This document shows, in pieces, positions 10,847 to 20,563 of a stretch of DNA of 64,000 nucleotides. The notes under the pieces are model-generated. The model ran no database searches. It was not told the origin of the DNA and worked only from the letters and a program-made list of their open reading frames with translations. A program made the position numbers and the translations under genes. Source of the DNA: Syntrophomonadaceae bacterium (GTDB lineage Bacteria; Bacillota; Dethiobacteria; DTU022); contig PWGD01000148.1 of assembly GCA_003554395.1 (NCBI GenBank), forward strand, positions 70,036 to 134,035, given 5' to 3'. How positions within the stretch are numbered: the first letter of the stretch is position 1; each line of letters opens with the position of its first letter.

Positions 10847-11941
10847 TTAGCAGGAAAATTTATGATCCAATTTTTTCATTGTTTCTACAATGCCTCCATA
10901 CTCGAGCTCCGAGTAGTGCAGCATTGCCGGGCCGGAAAAACCCTGTTCTCTAATATCAGATGCTTTCCGGGATACTTTGTCCCTCACATAGTCCCAGTAA
11001 GGGTGATCAAAGCAATCAACGGGTTCCGTTAACTTACCGTTATGGACGCAGAAGCCGACAGCGCTTACGACTGGCGGCCCATCAAAATATGAGATGCTGC
11101 AGCCCATCTTACAGGGCATTAATGGGCCCGTATGACTGCCCCGCATAAAACCGGCCACATAATGACCGATACTGTAGGGAGATAAAATCTCCCCGGTTGC
11201 AGGAAAGTCACCCTGGCAGCGCGCCAGCAGGACCGGATCGTCCTTACCGGTATAAGTTCCCGCAATGTTATGCAAGCGGGTCGTGCTGGCCGCCATGGCC
11301 TGTTGACCGGTAGCCCGTGAATAAATAGCTGATACAACGAAACGTTCGTTGTCCCGTAGCAAAGCAGCAATGTCATATGTCTCTTCAGGAGTATGCAGTT
11401 CAATAAACCGGTCTTCTTCAATATGAGCCACATCTAAAATAACAAACTTAAAACCTTGACTTATTTTTGGAGATAGGATCAGACCGGAGCAGTGCATTGG
11501 ATCGGCAAAACTTAGATATAGAGGCAGGTTGTAGGCACCGGGATCTGTTTTGTCCGCAGTAAAAAGCAGAAATGGTTCTGCCCGGCGTTCTTCTATCTCC
11601 ATTTCCGCGACGGCCGGGCCCAGTCCTTTTACATTACCGGAAAAAGCATCGGACAGCAGATCCTGCCCCGCTCCATACAGTCCCTGATCTTTGGCCTTTT
11701 CGGTTCCGCAGATAAAAGCGTTCCAGGCCAGTTGATGCAGTTCGGTGCAGCCCTCACCATGGTTATGGCAAAACAGAATTGCTATATCGTCTCCGGTATT
11801 GCCGATATAGTAATCGGTGATCAGTTTGCCCAGCTCCCGGTCAATACATTCTTTAACTGACTCAATTAAAGCCTGGCTGGGCTTGATATGGCCGGCAATA
11901 CTTCCAATGTCCGCCTTTATAACACTTAAGGTAGTTTTCAT
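10847..11941 (-). CDS. fbp: Bifunctional fructose-1,6-bisphosphate aldolase/phosphatase (class V FBPase, archaeal type)
   Basis: 364 aa. The start MKTTLSVIKADIGSIAGH matches the conserved N-terminus of FBP aldolase/phosphatase (PF01950). Confidence 0.85.
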   Translation of the reverse strand: MKTTLSVIKADIGSIAGHIKPSQALIESVKECIDRELGKLITDYYIGNTGDDIAILFCHNHGEGCTELHQLAWNAFICGTEKAKDQGLYGAGQDLLSDAFSGNVKGLGPAVAEMEIEERRAEPFLLFTADKTDPGAYNLPLYLSFADPMHCSGLILSPKISQGFKFVILDVAHIEEDRFIELHTPEETYDIAALLRDNERFVVSAIYSRATGQQAMAASTTRLHNIAGTYTGKDDPVLLARCQGDFPATGEILSPYSIGHYVAGFMRGSHTGPLMPCKMGCSISYFDGPPVVSAVGFCVHNGKLTEPVDCFDHPYWDYVRDKVSRKASDIREQGFSGPAMLHYSELEYGGIVETMKKLDHKFSC

Positions 11942-12088
11942 TATTTTACCTCCTTGTTATTATAGAGCACTCACCTTTTCGATTCGCTACAGCACCTGAG
12001 ATGTAACAATGTCTTCCCGTAAGATCTTTGTTAGTTAATTTCTACTAATATGAAGAAAATCCTTCATATCAAAACCGGAAGCAGTTGC

Positions 12089-12127
12089 CAAAATAAAAAC
12101 AGGGAACGCATGCGGCGCTCCCTGTTG
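12089..12127 (-). terminator. Rho-independent terminator downstream of rnj
   Basis: Minus strand AACAGGGAGCGC-CGCAU-GCGUUCCCUGUU (11-bp stem, one mismatch) followed by UUUUAUUUU. Confidence 0.6.
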
Positions 12128-12145
12128 ATTTAAAGCGGTTGAGTT

Positions 12146-13846
12146 TTATTTATTGCCTCCATTATCAGAGGGGATATCGATAATGATCGGCAGGATCATC
12201 GGTTTGCGGCCGGTGTTGTTATAAAAATATGTAGCGGCTGAATCCCTGATCCTTGATTTAATTTTACCCCGCTCCTGAATATTTTGCCGGTTGATCCTTT
12301 CGATCGTCTTGGCTAGTTCTTTTTTTGCTGCTTCAAGCATATCCTCAGCCTCACGGACATAGACGAAACCGCGGGTAATAATCTCCGGCCCAACCAAAAC
12401 TTTTCGTTTTTCCGGATCCATAGTGAGGATAATAATCACGATCCCGTCTTCTGAAAGCATCTGGCGATCACGGATCACTACTTCGCCGACATCGCCAACC
12501 CCAAAGCCGTCGACCAAAACCCGGCCCGCAGCAACTGAACCGGCCATCCGGCCCCAGCCGTTAGAAAATTCCATAACACTTCCCGGCTTGGCCAGGAAAA
12601 CATTTTCCTCAGGGATGCCCAGTTTATTCGCTATCTTGGAACAATGTGCCTGTTGGCGGTACTCCCCATGCACGGGTATTACATACTTGGGACGCAGCAG
12701 ATTAAGCATCATTTTAATCTCTTCTTCACTGCCATGTCCGGATACATGGACTCCTGATACAGGCTTATAGATAACATCCGCTTTTAGCTGGAACAGATTA
12801 TTTACGGTTCTGGCGACCAATTTTTCATTGCCCGGGATGGGGTTGGCGGCTATGATCACCGTATCGCCCGGCTGAATATTGACCTGACGGTGCTCCGACT
12901 GCGATATCCTGGTCAAAGCCGACATCGGTTCGCCCTGGCTGCCGGTTGTTATTAATGCCACTTTTTGTGCAGGAAAATCGCTGACTTTATCAGCATCGAT
13001 GAGAAGGCCCTTTGGAATATTTAAGTAGCCAAGCTGCGATGAGATATCTACTGAATTGACAATACTGCGCCCCACCACGCACACCTTGCGATCGTAACGG
13101 ACCGAGGCATCAATGACCTGTTGAATGCGGTGAATGTTAGAAGCAAAGGTGGCTAAAATTATCCTGCTCTGAGAGAGGCGGAAAATTTCATTAATACTTT
13201 TCCCAACTTCTTTTTCAGAAAAGGTATAACCGGGCCGATCTGCATTTGTAGAATCAATTAAGGCAGCGATGACTCCTTTGCGGCCCAGTTCAGCAAGCTT
13301 GTAATAATCGGTAATTTTCCCGTCAACCGGGGTTTGATCAAATTTGAAATCACTGGTATAGACTACCGTTCCAACCGGGGTTTCCACGGCCACCCCTACA
13401 GAATCGGGGATGCTGTGATTAGTTCTAAAAAAGTCCAGCTTAAAATTATCGGAAAGGACCAGGCTCTTGTCCGGGTTGATTTCTCTCATATCGATATTGT
13501 TAACAGGGTGTTCCATGAACTTGGCCTCAAGCAGGCCCAGGGTCAAACTGGTCCCGTATATCGGGGCATTAAGCTCCTCGATGATATAGGGCATAGCACC
13601 GATATGGTCTTCATGCCCATGGGTGAGGATAATGCCCAGGATATCAAGTTCCTGGTCCAGGATATAAGATGTATCCGGGATAACAATATCGACTCCCAAC
13701 ATCGCTTCGTCTGGAAACTTCAAACCGGCGTCCATGATGATGCATTCCCTGCCGTACTGAAGAACAAATATATTTTTACCAATTTCGCCCCCCCCGCCGA
13801 GGGGTATGAGCTGCAAATTTTTACTCTTTTTATTTTTCTTACCCAA
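12146..13846 (-). CDS. rnj: Ribonuclease J (metallo-beta-lactamase/beta-CASP RNase)
   Basis: 566 aa. HGHEDHIG beta-lactamase motif, beta-CASP domain and C-terminal domain. Confidence 0.95.
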   Translation of the reverse strand: MGKKNKKSKNLQLIPLGGGGEIGKNIFVLQYGRECIIMDAGLKFPDEAMLGVDIVIPDTSYILDQELDILGIILTHGHEDHIGAMPYIIEELNAPIYGTSLTLGLLEAKFMEHPVNNIDMREINPDKSLVLSDNFKLDFFRTNHSIPDSVGVAVETPVGTVVYTSDFKFDQTPVDGKITDYYKLAELGRKGVIAALIDSTNADRPGYTFSEKEVGKSINEIFRLSQSRIILATFASNIHRIQQVIDASVRYDRKVCVVGRSIVNSVDISSQLGYLNIPKGLLIDADKVSDFPAQKVALITTGSQGEPMSALTRISQSEHRQVNIQPGDTVIIAANPIPGNEKLVARTVNNLFQLKADVIYKPVSGVHVSGHGSEEEIKMMLNLLRPKYVIPVHGEYRQQAHCSKIANKLGIPEENVFLAKPGSVMEFSNGWGRMAGSVAAGRVLVDGFGVGDVGEVVIRDRQMLSEDGIVIIILTMDPEKRKVLVGPEIITRGFVYVREAEDMLEAAKKELAKTIERINRQNIQERGKIKSRIRDSAATYFYNNTGRKPMILPIIIDIPSDNGGNK

Positions 13847-13984
13847 AATTTACCTCCATTAAATAACTTAACCTGCGATGTGAATTCCTGCCTACCCAAT
13901 AGCTATCAAGGACCGCCCTTTATCATGGACAGCGCTTGTTATAGCAAGGCCGATCAGAGCCAACCTATATTATAGAAATGCTGA

Positions 13985-14461
13985 TCAGGCCTTTCCCGTG
14001 TGGCCAAAGCCTCCTTCACTGCGTCTGCTGGAGGGCAGCTCTGCAACCTCTATCATCACCGCCCTTAAAACAGGGCATAGCACAACCTGGGCAATTCGAT
14101 CACAGCGCCTGATTGTAATCGGATCTGAGCCCAGGTTGATCAGGATGACTTTTATTTCTCCCCGGTAATCAGAGTCAATGGTGCCGGGTGAGTTAAGAAT
14201 GCCTATCCCGTTTTTTGCAGCCAGGCCGCTGCGGGGCCTGATCTGCAATTCGTATCCGGGAGGAACCGCTGCCATCAACCCGGAAGGGATCAGGGCTATT
14301 TCTCCCGGTTTGATCTTTTTCTCGCCATCAACCGCTGCATACAAATCCATACCTGCGGCCCCTTCTGTCATATAGCGGGGCAGGGGGACATCTGCTGCAT
14401 GATCGGTGCGCTTAACGGGCAGAGTAATTTTTTCCTGAACCAACCGCCTTTCCCCTTTCAT
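13985..14461 (-). CDS. dut: dUTP diphosphatase
   Basis: 158 aa. dUTPase motifs (AAGMDLYA, GLAAKNGIG, IDSDYRGE, RIAQ). Confidence 0.9.
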   Translation of the reverse strand: MKGERRLVQEKITLPVKRTDHAADVPLPRYMTEGAAGMDLYAAVDGEKKIKPGEIALIPSGLMAAVPPGYELQIRPRSGLAAKNGIGILNSPGTIDSDYRGEIKVILINLGSDPITIRRCDRIAQVVLCPVLRAVMIEVAELPSSRRSEGGFGHTGKA

Positions 14462-14517
14462 TTCCTTTTCTAAAACAGGGAAGCAGTACTCTCGCTGCCC
14501 GAATCAATGCTCAACAT

Positions 14518-14544
14518 TAAAAAACCCTATCAAGCAGGGTTTTT
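14518..14544 (-). terminator. Bidirectional hairpin terminator 14 nt downstream of pnp
   Basis: AAAAACCCT-atcaagc-AGGGTTTTT palindrome flanked by A/T runs. It is 14 nt past the pnp stop. Confidence 0.5.
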
Positions 14545-14557
14545 TACTTGCTTGATG

Positions 14558-16708
14558 CTATCTCCCTTTATTATACCTTGGTTTGCCGCTTCCACCGCCA
14601 TGGGGAGGTTTACCGCCCCCACCGCTTCCGGGAGGCTTTTTCAGCAGGGCTTTTCTGGACAGGTCAATTCTGCCTTTATCATCAATATCCAGCACTTTAA
14701 CCTCAATTTCATCACCCAGGCTGACCACATCTTCAGTTTTATCCACCCTGTGGTGGTCCAGGTGAGATATATGCAGCAGCCCTTCCTTGCCCGGAAGCAG
14801 CTCTACAAAGGCACCATACCTTTCGATGCGGGTCACTTTACCCTTATAAACCTCACCCGGTTCAACATCCTTAACCAGGGTTTCGATCGTTTCTTTTGCC
14901 TTCCGGCCGCCTTCCGGATCAACCGAGGCAATAAATACTCTCCCGTCCGGTTCTATATCAATATCAACACCGGTATCGGCAATAATCTTGTTAATCATCT
15001 TACCGCCGGGTCCGATAACATCCCTGATTTTATCTACCGGAATCTGAAGCCTGATCATGCGCGGTGCGTTTGGAGAAAGTTCAGCCCGCGGTTCGCTGAT
15101 CAGCTCATTCATTTTATCAAGGATATATTTATAGCCGATATCGGCCTGGTCCAGGGCATCCTGAAGAATTTCCCTTGAAATACCCTTAATTTTAATGTCC
15201 ATCTGCAGGGCGGTGATTCCTTTTTCCGTCCCGGCCACTTTAAAGTCCATATCTCCCAGGAAGTCTTCGACCCCCTGAATATCAGACAGGATCACCACAT
15301 TGTCATTTTCTTTTATCAGGCCCATGGCGATACCGCCTACCTGTCGCTTGACCGGAACGCCGGTATCCATCATCGCCATCGATGATGAACAGACACTGCC
15401 CATGGAGGTTGAGCCGTTCGATTCCAGCACCTCCGAAACCAGGCGTACCGTATAAGGGAATTCCTCCTCGGATGGAACCACAGGCTCCAGGGCTTTCTCA
15501 GCAAGGGCCCCGTGGCCTATCTCCCGGCGGCCGGGACCGCGCATAAAACCGGCTTCACCAACGCTGTAAGGCGGGAAATTATAGTGATGCATAAATCGCT
15601 TTGATTCCTCCAGGCCCAGACCGTCAATAATCTGCACATCTCTTAAAGCAGACAGGGTACAGATGCTCAATACCTGGGTCTGCCCCCGGGTAAAAATTGC
15701 CGAACCATGGGTGCGGGGCAGCGCTGATACTTCACAGCTAATGGGCCTGATTTCCTGGGGTTTCCGGCCATCGGCTCTAAGGCCCCTGTCTATTACCAGG
15801 CTGCGCAGGGTTTCTTTAAGGACTTTCTCAAATATTTTACCCAGCACGGCTTCATTTTCCGGATATTCCTCAAGGTATTTCTCCTGGATATTATTTTTAA
15901 GAGCAGCCAGTTTCTCCTCGCGTTCCTGTTTATCGGCAATCTGGAGGGCACTGCTAACCCCCTCCCTGATGGCCGGCTCGACTTGCTCCATCATTTCAAC
16001 GGGCCATTCCTGTTCCGGAGCCTCCAGCTTTTCAGTCCCGCAATCGTTGACCATCTGTTCTTCGACTGCTACGATTTCTTTAATTCCTTCATGCCCGGCT
16101 TCGATACATTTCAGAACATCTTCCTTGCTGATCTCCTGGGCGCCGGCTTCAACCATCATCACTGCCTCTTTTGTCCCGGCCAGCATCAGGTGCAGATCGC
16201 TCTGCTGCAGCTGTTCCTGGGTTGGATTGACTACCGGTTCTCCATTAACCAGGCCGACAATAACCGCGGCTACCGGTCCGTCAAAGGGGATTTTGGATAT
16301 GGAAATGGCAGCCGAAGCCCCGATAATGGAAAGCGTTTCCGGCGGGCAGTCCTGGTCCATAGAAAGCACGGTGCTTACTATGTGAACGGAATTACGGAAA
16401 TTCTTGGGGAAAAGGGGCCGCAGGGATCTGTCGGTAAGGCGGCAGCCCAGGATCGCCCTCTCTGTGGGGCGCCCTTCTCTTTTTATAAAACCGCCGGGAA
16501 TTCTGCCCACTGCGTAATGCCTTTCTTCATAATCAACAGTCAAAGGAAAAAAATCTATTCCTTCGCGGGGTTCATCAGAAACAGTCGCCGTAACAAGAAC
16601 TACTGTATCTCCGTAACGGACCAAAACAGCACCGCTGGCCTGCTTGGCCAGCCTGCCTGTTTCCAGGGTCATAGTTCTACCCTGCATTTCCATGTTATAA
16701 GATTGCAT
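14558..16708 (-). CDS. pnp: Polynucleotide phosphorylase (PNPase) with Gly/Pro/Lys-rich C-terminal tail
   Basis: 716 aa. Two RNase PH domains, KH and S1 domains. Ends with ...[27 protein letters not shown]. Confidence 0.97.
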   Translation of the reverse strand: MQSYNMEMQGRTMTLETGRLAKQASGAVLVRYGDTVVLVTATVSDEPREGIDFFPLTVDYEERHYAVGRIPGGFIKREGRPTERAILGCRLTDRSLRPLFPKNFRNSVHIVSTVLSMDQDCPPETLSIIGASAAISISKIPFDGPVAAVIVGLVNGEPVVNPTQEQLQQSDLHLMLAGTKEAVMMVEAGAQEISKEDVLKCIEAGHEGIKEIVAVEEQMVNDCGTEKLEAPEQEWPVEMMEQVEPAIREGVSSALQIADKQEREEKLAALKNNIQEKYLEEYPENEAVLGKIFEKVLKETLRSLVIDRGLRADGRKPQEIRPISCEVSALPRTHGSAIFTRGQTQVLSICTLSALRDVQIIDGLGLEESKRFMHHYNFPPYSVGEAGFMRGPGRREIGHGALAEKALEPVVPSEEEFPYTVRLVSEVLESNGSTSMGSVCSSSMAMMDTGVPVKRQVGGIAMGLIKENDNVVILSDIQGVEDFLGDMDFKVAGTEKGITALQMDIKIKGISREILQDALDQADIGYKYILDKMNELISEPRAELSPNAPRMIRLQIPVDKIRDVIGPGGKMINKIIADTGVDIDIEPDGRVFIASVDPEGGRKAKETIETLVKDVEPGEVYKGKVTRIERYGAFVELLPGKEGLLHISHLDHHRVDKTEDVVSLGDEIEVKVLDIDDKGRIDLSRKALLKKPPGSGGGGKPPHGGGSGKPRYNKGR

Positions 16709-16740
16709 GTACTGATACTCCTCTCAACTACTCAAGATAT

Positions 16741-16771
16741 ATAACTTAAACACGGGGGCAAGCCCCCGTGT
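16741..16771 (-). terminator. rpsO terminator / pnp leader hairpin
   Basis: ACACGGGGGC-aa-GCCCCCGTGT (10-bp GC-rich stem) immediately 3' of the rpsO stop. On the minus strand it is followed by UUUAAGUUAUAUAU. This is the classic rpsO-pnp intergenic structure. Confidence 0.55.
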
Positions 16772-16781
16772 CAAATGATCC

Positions 16782-17048
16782 TTATTTTCTTAGGCCCAAT
16801 TTACTTAACAGTTCCTGGTAGCGCTCCGGAGATCGATCGCGCAGGTAATTGAGCAAACCCCTCCTGCGCCCTACCATTTTCAATAAGCCCCGCTGCGAAT
16901 GATAATCTTTTTTGTGGGTTTTTAGATGCTCTGTAAGATAATTAATCCTCTCCGTCAGAAGAGCAATCTGAACTTCCGGTGAACCGGTGTCCCCTTGATG
17001 TCTTTTGTGCTGATCGATGATCTCCTGCTTTTTTTCATGCTCGAGCAT
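16782..17048 (-). CDS. rpsO: 30S ribosomal protein S15
   Basis: 88 aa, conserved S15 sequence. Confidence 0.97.
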   Translation of the reverse strand: MLEHEKKQEIIDQHKRHQGDTGSPEVQIALLTERINYLTEHLKTHKKDYHSQRGLLKMVGRRRGLLNYLRDRSPERYQELLSKLGLRK

Positions 17049-17126
17049 AACAAATCCTCCCTTTTATTAATCGCCGCTTGCCAAGTCCAGCGTCGGGAAA
17101 TCGCTGCACCTAGCCAGCGGTTCTGG

Positions 17127-18122
17127 CTACAGCGATTTTAGCACACTACATCCTGCTTGTAAAGAATGGCTTTTTCCGCTTTTTTCCTTGACAAGTTTTT
17201 TGATGATCCTTCTGCCCTTCTCAATATCTTTGCCGATCTGCTCTTTCAATTGATGAGGCGAAGTAAATGTTTTTGTATCTCTCAGCTTCTGTAAAAAACA
17301 AATCCGAATCTCGTGGTTGTAAATGATGCCGTTAAAATCAAGAATATGGGTTTCCACCGAAGTCCGGTGATCGGAGAAAGTAGGCCTGGCACCAACATTG
17401 GTTACTCCGTAATGATGTCCTTCATTCAGCCTGTCCACCGCTGTTAAGTAGACCCCCTTACCGGGCCAAAGCAGGCGTGAAGATGCCGCAATGTTAGCGG
17501 TCGGATAAACCATTTCGCTGCCGATCCCGTACCCTTTAACCACTTTTCCCTGCCTGAAAAAATAATAATTAAGAAGATCGGCAGCTTCATTAACGGCGCC
17601 GTAAAGAAGCATTGATCTGATCTTCGAACTGCTTACTTCTGTTCCCATGAAATAAAGCATAGGAACAATATATACTTCAAAACCCAGTTCCCGGCCCCAG
17701 TATGATAATGTATCTGCGCTGCCTGTACCCTGTTTGCCGAATGAATAATTTTCACCTATAAAAACACCACCGGCCTCAAGTTTTCCAAGCAGTATCCGGC
17801 GGATAAACTGTTCCGGAGTCAGGGCAGCCAGTTCAGCGGTAAAGGGCTCGATAATTAAATAATCCAGGTCCAGCTCGGCCATTATCTCGGCCCGATCAGC
17901 AATATCGGTCAGCAAAGCCAGGGGCTGATCCGGCCGGAGGGCAATCAGAGGATGGGGATCAAAAACCAGGGCGGCGCTGTAGCCTCCCTCTTCCCGGGCC
18001 TTTTTAACGGTTGATTTTATGATAGCCTGGTGTCCCCGATGAACGCCATCAAAATTACCGAGGGCGACAAAAAGCGGAACCGCCTGACCAGGCAGGCGGT
18101 CGGCACCGTTAATCAATTCCAT
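17127..18122 (-). CDS. ribF: Bifunctional riboflavin kinase / FMN adenylyltransferase
   Basis: FAD synthetase and riboflavin kinase domains. Start moved to the ATG at 18122 (MELINGADRL), which has an AAGGTGAG RBS. The listed TTG start at 18149 has none. Confidence 0.92.
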   Translation of the reverse strand: MELINGADRLPGQAVPLFVALGNFDGVHRGHQAIIKSTVKKAREEGGYSAALVFDPHPLIALRPDQPLALLTDIADRAEIMAELDLDYLIIEPFTAELAALTPEQFIRRILLGKLEAGGVFIGENYSFGKQGTGSADTLSYWGRELGFEVYIVPMLYFMGTEVSSSKIRSMLLYGAVNEAADLLNYYFFRQGKVVKGYGIGSEMVYPTANIAASSRLLWPGKGVYLTAVDRLNEGHHYGVTNVGARPTFSDHRTSVETHILDFNGIIYNHEIRICFLQKLRDTKTFTSPHQLKEQIGKDIEKGRRIIKKLVKEKSGKSHSLQAGCSVLKSL

Positions 18123-18212
18123 AATCCGCTCACCTTTCTGCAACACCAAAATAAACTTTCTTATGCCCTGGTCGGCCTGCTTTTGTAGTGCTCAGGCCTT
18201 CTGCATGAAAAA

Positions 18213-19172
18213 TTATGGGGCCAGATATTTCAGGGTTTTCACCCTGAACCCTTCACCGCTTTTTTCCAACCGGCCAATAGCTTTGAAGTTATTTGCCCTG
18301 TCATAAATCCTGGCTTTAGCGCCCTCTAGATCTGTTCTTTCTTTAACTTTATAAGACAGGCCATTATTTATTTTGGGCGGATCCAAACTTTCTCTATCTT
18401 CAAGATAGATGCTCTGGCCGTTTTTTAAGGCATTTATAAGCTCTTCCTCGAGATAAAGGGCCGGCATCAGTCTTAATGCAGTGTCCATGGGCTCGACTAT
18501 TTCATCAAGACGTCCCCGGTTGCTAAGTTCGGCAATTTGGTCCATTGAAAAAGCATTTTCGAGAACAAAGGGACCCACAGCCAGCCTGACCAGTGAAGAA
18601 AGATGTCCTCCACAGCCTATGGCCTTACCTAGATCCACAGCCAGGGTGCGGATATAGGTTCCTTTGGAGCAGACCACATCAAAAACCAGCTGGGGTTCAC
18701 GGTCATGGTTGTACTCTAAAAGTTCAATCCGGTAAATTTCAGCCAGGCGGGGCTTCCTTGGCACTTCTTTACCGCTTCTAGTCCAGCGATAGAGAGGTTT
18801 TCCCCGGTATTTAACCGCCGAATATAGCGGGGGAAGCTGTTCTATTTTTCCCTTAAAGCCTGCCAGGATCTCTTCTACCTGCTCCCTGTCCAGGCCGGGG
18901 ACTTGGGAAAACCCGGTTATCCTGCCGGCGGAGTCTTCCGTATCTGTTGTCTTGCCCAGGGTCACGGCAGCCCGGTATGTCTTAGGGTGGTCAATAATAT
19001 ATTCAACAATGCGTGTCGCCCGGCCCAGGCAAACCGGAAGCACCCCGGTGGCTATAGGATCAAGGGTTCCGGAATGGCCGGCTTTTACAGGGGGTACTGT
19101 TCTGCGCACCGACTGCACCACCTGGTGAGAGGTAGCGCCGTATGGTTTGTTGACTACAACAATTCCATCCAC
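18213..19172 (-). CDS. truB: tRNA pseudouridine(55) synthase TruB (with PUA domain)
   Basis: 319 aa. Catalytic GTLDPIATGVLPV motif. Confidence 0.95.
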   Translation of the reverse strand: MDGIVVVNKPYGATSHQVVQSVRRTVPPVKAGHSGTLDPIATGVLPVCLGRATRIVEYIIDHPKTYRAAVTLGKTTDTEDSAGRITGFSQVPGLDREQVEEILAGFKGKIEQLPPLYSAVKYRGKPLYRWTRSGKEVPRKPRLAEIYRIELLEYNHDREPQLVFDVVCSKGTYIRTLAVDLGKAIGCGGHLSSLVRLAVGPFVLENAFSMDQIAELSNRGRLDEIVEPMDTALRLMPALYLEEELINALKNGQSIYLEDRESLDPPKINNGLSYKVKERTDLEGAKARIYDRANNFKAIGRLEKSGEGFRVKTLKYLAP

Positions 19173-19184
19173 TGCCCTGCTCCT

Positions 19185-20168
19185 TTAGCCCGGCAAATCT
19201 TTCAACATTTGAAATGCTTCGGTAAGAACTTTTTCTTTGACCGTTTGATAATCTTCATAAACGCGGCAGCCGGCAGCCCGGGCATGGCCACCTCCGTTAA
19301 ATTTTCCGGCCAAAACGCTTACATCCATCATTTTGGAACGAAAGCCCACTTTTACTTCATCTTTATTCTCCACGTAAAACAAGATTCCCAGCTCAACACC
19401 CTCAATATTGCGGGTATAATTCACAATCCCCTCCAGTTCATCTGTAGAAGCCCCGCTTCGCTGCCTGATATCTCGGCTCAGGGTCATTAAGGCGATGCGG
19501 CGATCAGCATACATCTCAAAACTGGAAATAGCCTCTTTAAGCAAGAAATAAAAAGAAATGGGGCGTTCATCAAAAACTCTCTGGGAAAGGGCGCCCGGGC
19601 TTAAGCCGCATTCAAGCAGTTCAGCGACTACCCGGTGGGTTACAGAAGTGGTATTATCGTACTTAAAAGAACCCGTATCGGTGGAAATGGCCACGTATAA
19701 AGATTCGGCGATGCTATAGCTAAGATCAACCCCGATCTCTTTCAACAACAAAAAGACAATTTCACCGGTAGCGGAGGCGTCCGGATCCACCAGATTCAAA
19801 GTGCCAAACCACTGGTTGGTAACATGGTGATCGATGTTTATTATGGTTTGGCACCCCATAAATGCTTCTTTTAGAATGCCCAATCTTTCCGAATCAGAGC
19901 TGTCCAGAACTATAGCGGTTACCTCGGGGTCATAGTCTGTTATATCATGTTCTACTTCTTCGGCCCCCTTTAAAAAACTGTACTGGCGGGGAATGTGGCC
20001 GGGTGTAAATAATCTGACCTGTTTGCCGAGGTCTTTTAAACCTTCACTCATCGCCAGCAGCGAACCGATGCTGTCGCCATCGGGCTGCATGTGGGATATA
20101 AGGTAAAACCGGTCCGCTTCTTTTAAAATTTCAATTATCTTGTCCCGATCCGCCGTCATGGCCATCAT
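19185..20168 (-). CDS. nrnA: DHH-family phosphoesterase NrnA (bifunctional oligoribonuclease / pAp phosphatase)
   Basis: 327 aa. DHH motif (NIDHHVTN) and DHHA1 (GGGH). Position rbfA-nrnA-truB as in Bacillus. Confidence 0.8.
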   Translation of the reverse strand: MMAMTADRDKIIEILKEADRFYLISHMQPDGDSIGSLLAMSEGLKDLGKQVRLFTPGHIPRQYSFLKGAEEVEHDITDYDPEVTAIVLDSSDSERLGILKEAFMGCQTIINIDHHVTNQWFGTLNLVDPDASATGEIVFLLLKEIGVDLSYSIAESLYVAISTDTGSFKYDNTTSVTHRVVAELLECGLSPGALSQRVFDERPISFYFLLKEAISSFEMYADRRIALMTLSRDIRQRSGASTDELEGIVNYTRNIEGVELGILFYVENKDEVKVGFRSKMMDVSVLAGKFNGGGHARAAGCRVYEDYQTVKEKVLTEAFQMLKDLPG

Positions 20169-20517
20169 TCTCTTCTTCTTTTAGTGATTTAATTACACTT
20201 TCAATGTAGGCGCCGTATTCTATAGAATTATCCAGATGAAAATTAATTTCGGGAGTATGTCTTAACCTGATTCTCTTGCCAATCTCGGTTCGGATAAAAC
20301 CGGCGGCCCTGTTCAAAACTTCCAGGGTTTCTTCTTTATCCGAATCGCTCCCATAAATACTGATATAGACCACAGCATGACGCAAATCTTTGGACAACTT
20401 GACATCTGTTACACTGGTAATCCCCGCCATTCCCGGGTCTTTTATTTCATAATTGATTATCCCGCCAATATCTTTTTTAATTTGCTCGGCAACCCGCCGT
20501 ACCCTGTTTTCTGTCAT
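20131..20517 (-). CDS. rbfA: Ribosome-binding factor A
   Basis: Start set at MTENRVRRVAEQIKK, which has a GGGAGGG RBS. KH-like RbfA fold. Confidence 0.9.
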   Translation of the reverse strand: MTENRVRRVAEQIKKDIGGIINYEIKDPGMAGITSVTDVKLSKDLRHAVVYISIYGSDSDKEETLEVLNRAAGFIRTEIGKRIRLRHTPEINFHLDNSIEYGAYIESVIKSLKEEENDGHDGGSGQDN

Positions 20518-20563
20518 GATTAAACCCTCCCAAAGGTACAATATACGGCGAATAAATTAAAGC

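Noticed and set aside
15983-16744. 253-aa plus-strand ORF (and many similar ones at 946-1369, 5352-5939, 21321-21938, 40981-41628, 62975-63652) lying entirely inside minus-strand conserved genes
   Set aside because: Antisense shadow ORFs. They have low-complexity Ser/Pro/Ala-rich translations, no RBS and no homology signal. The opposite strand encodes unambiguous proteins (pnp, rny, cinA, infB, dnaE, sigma-54 EBP).
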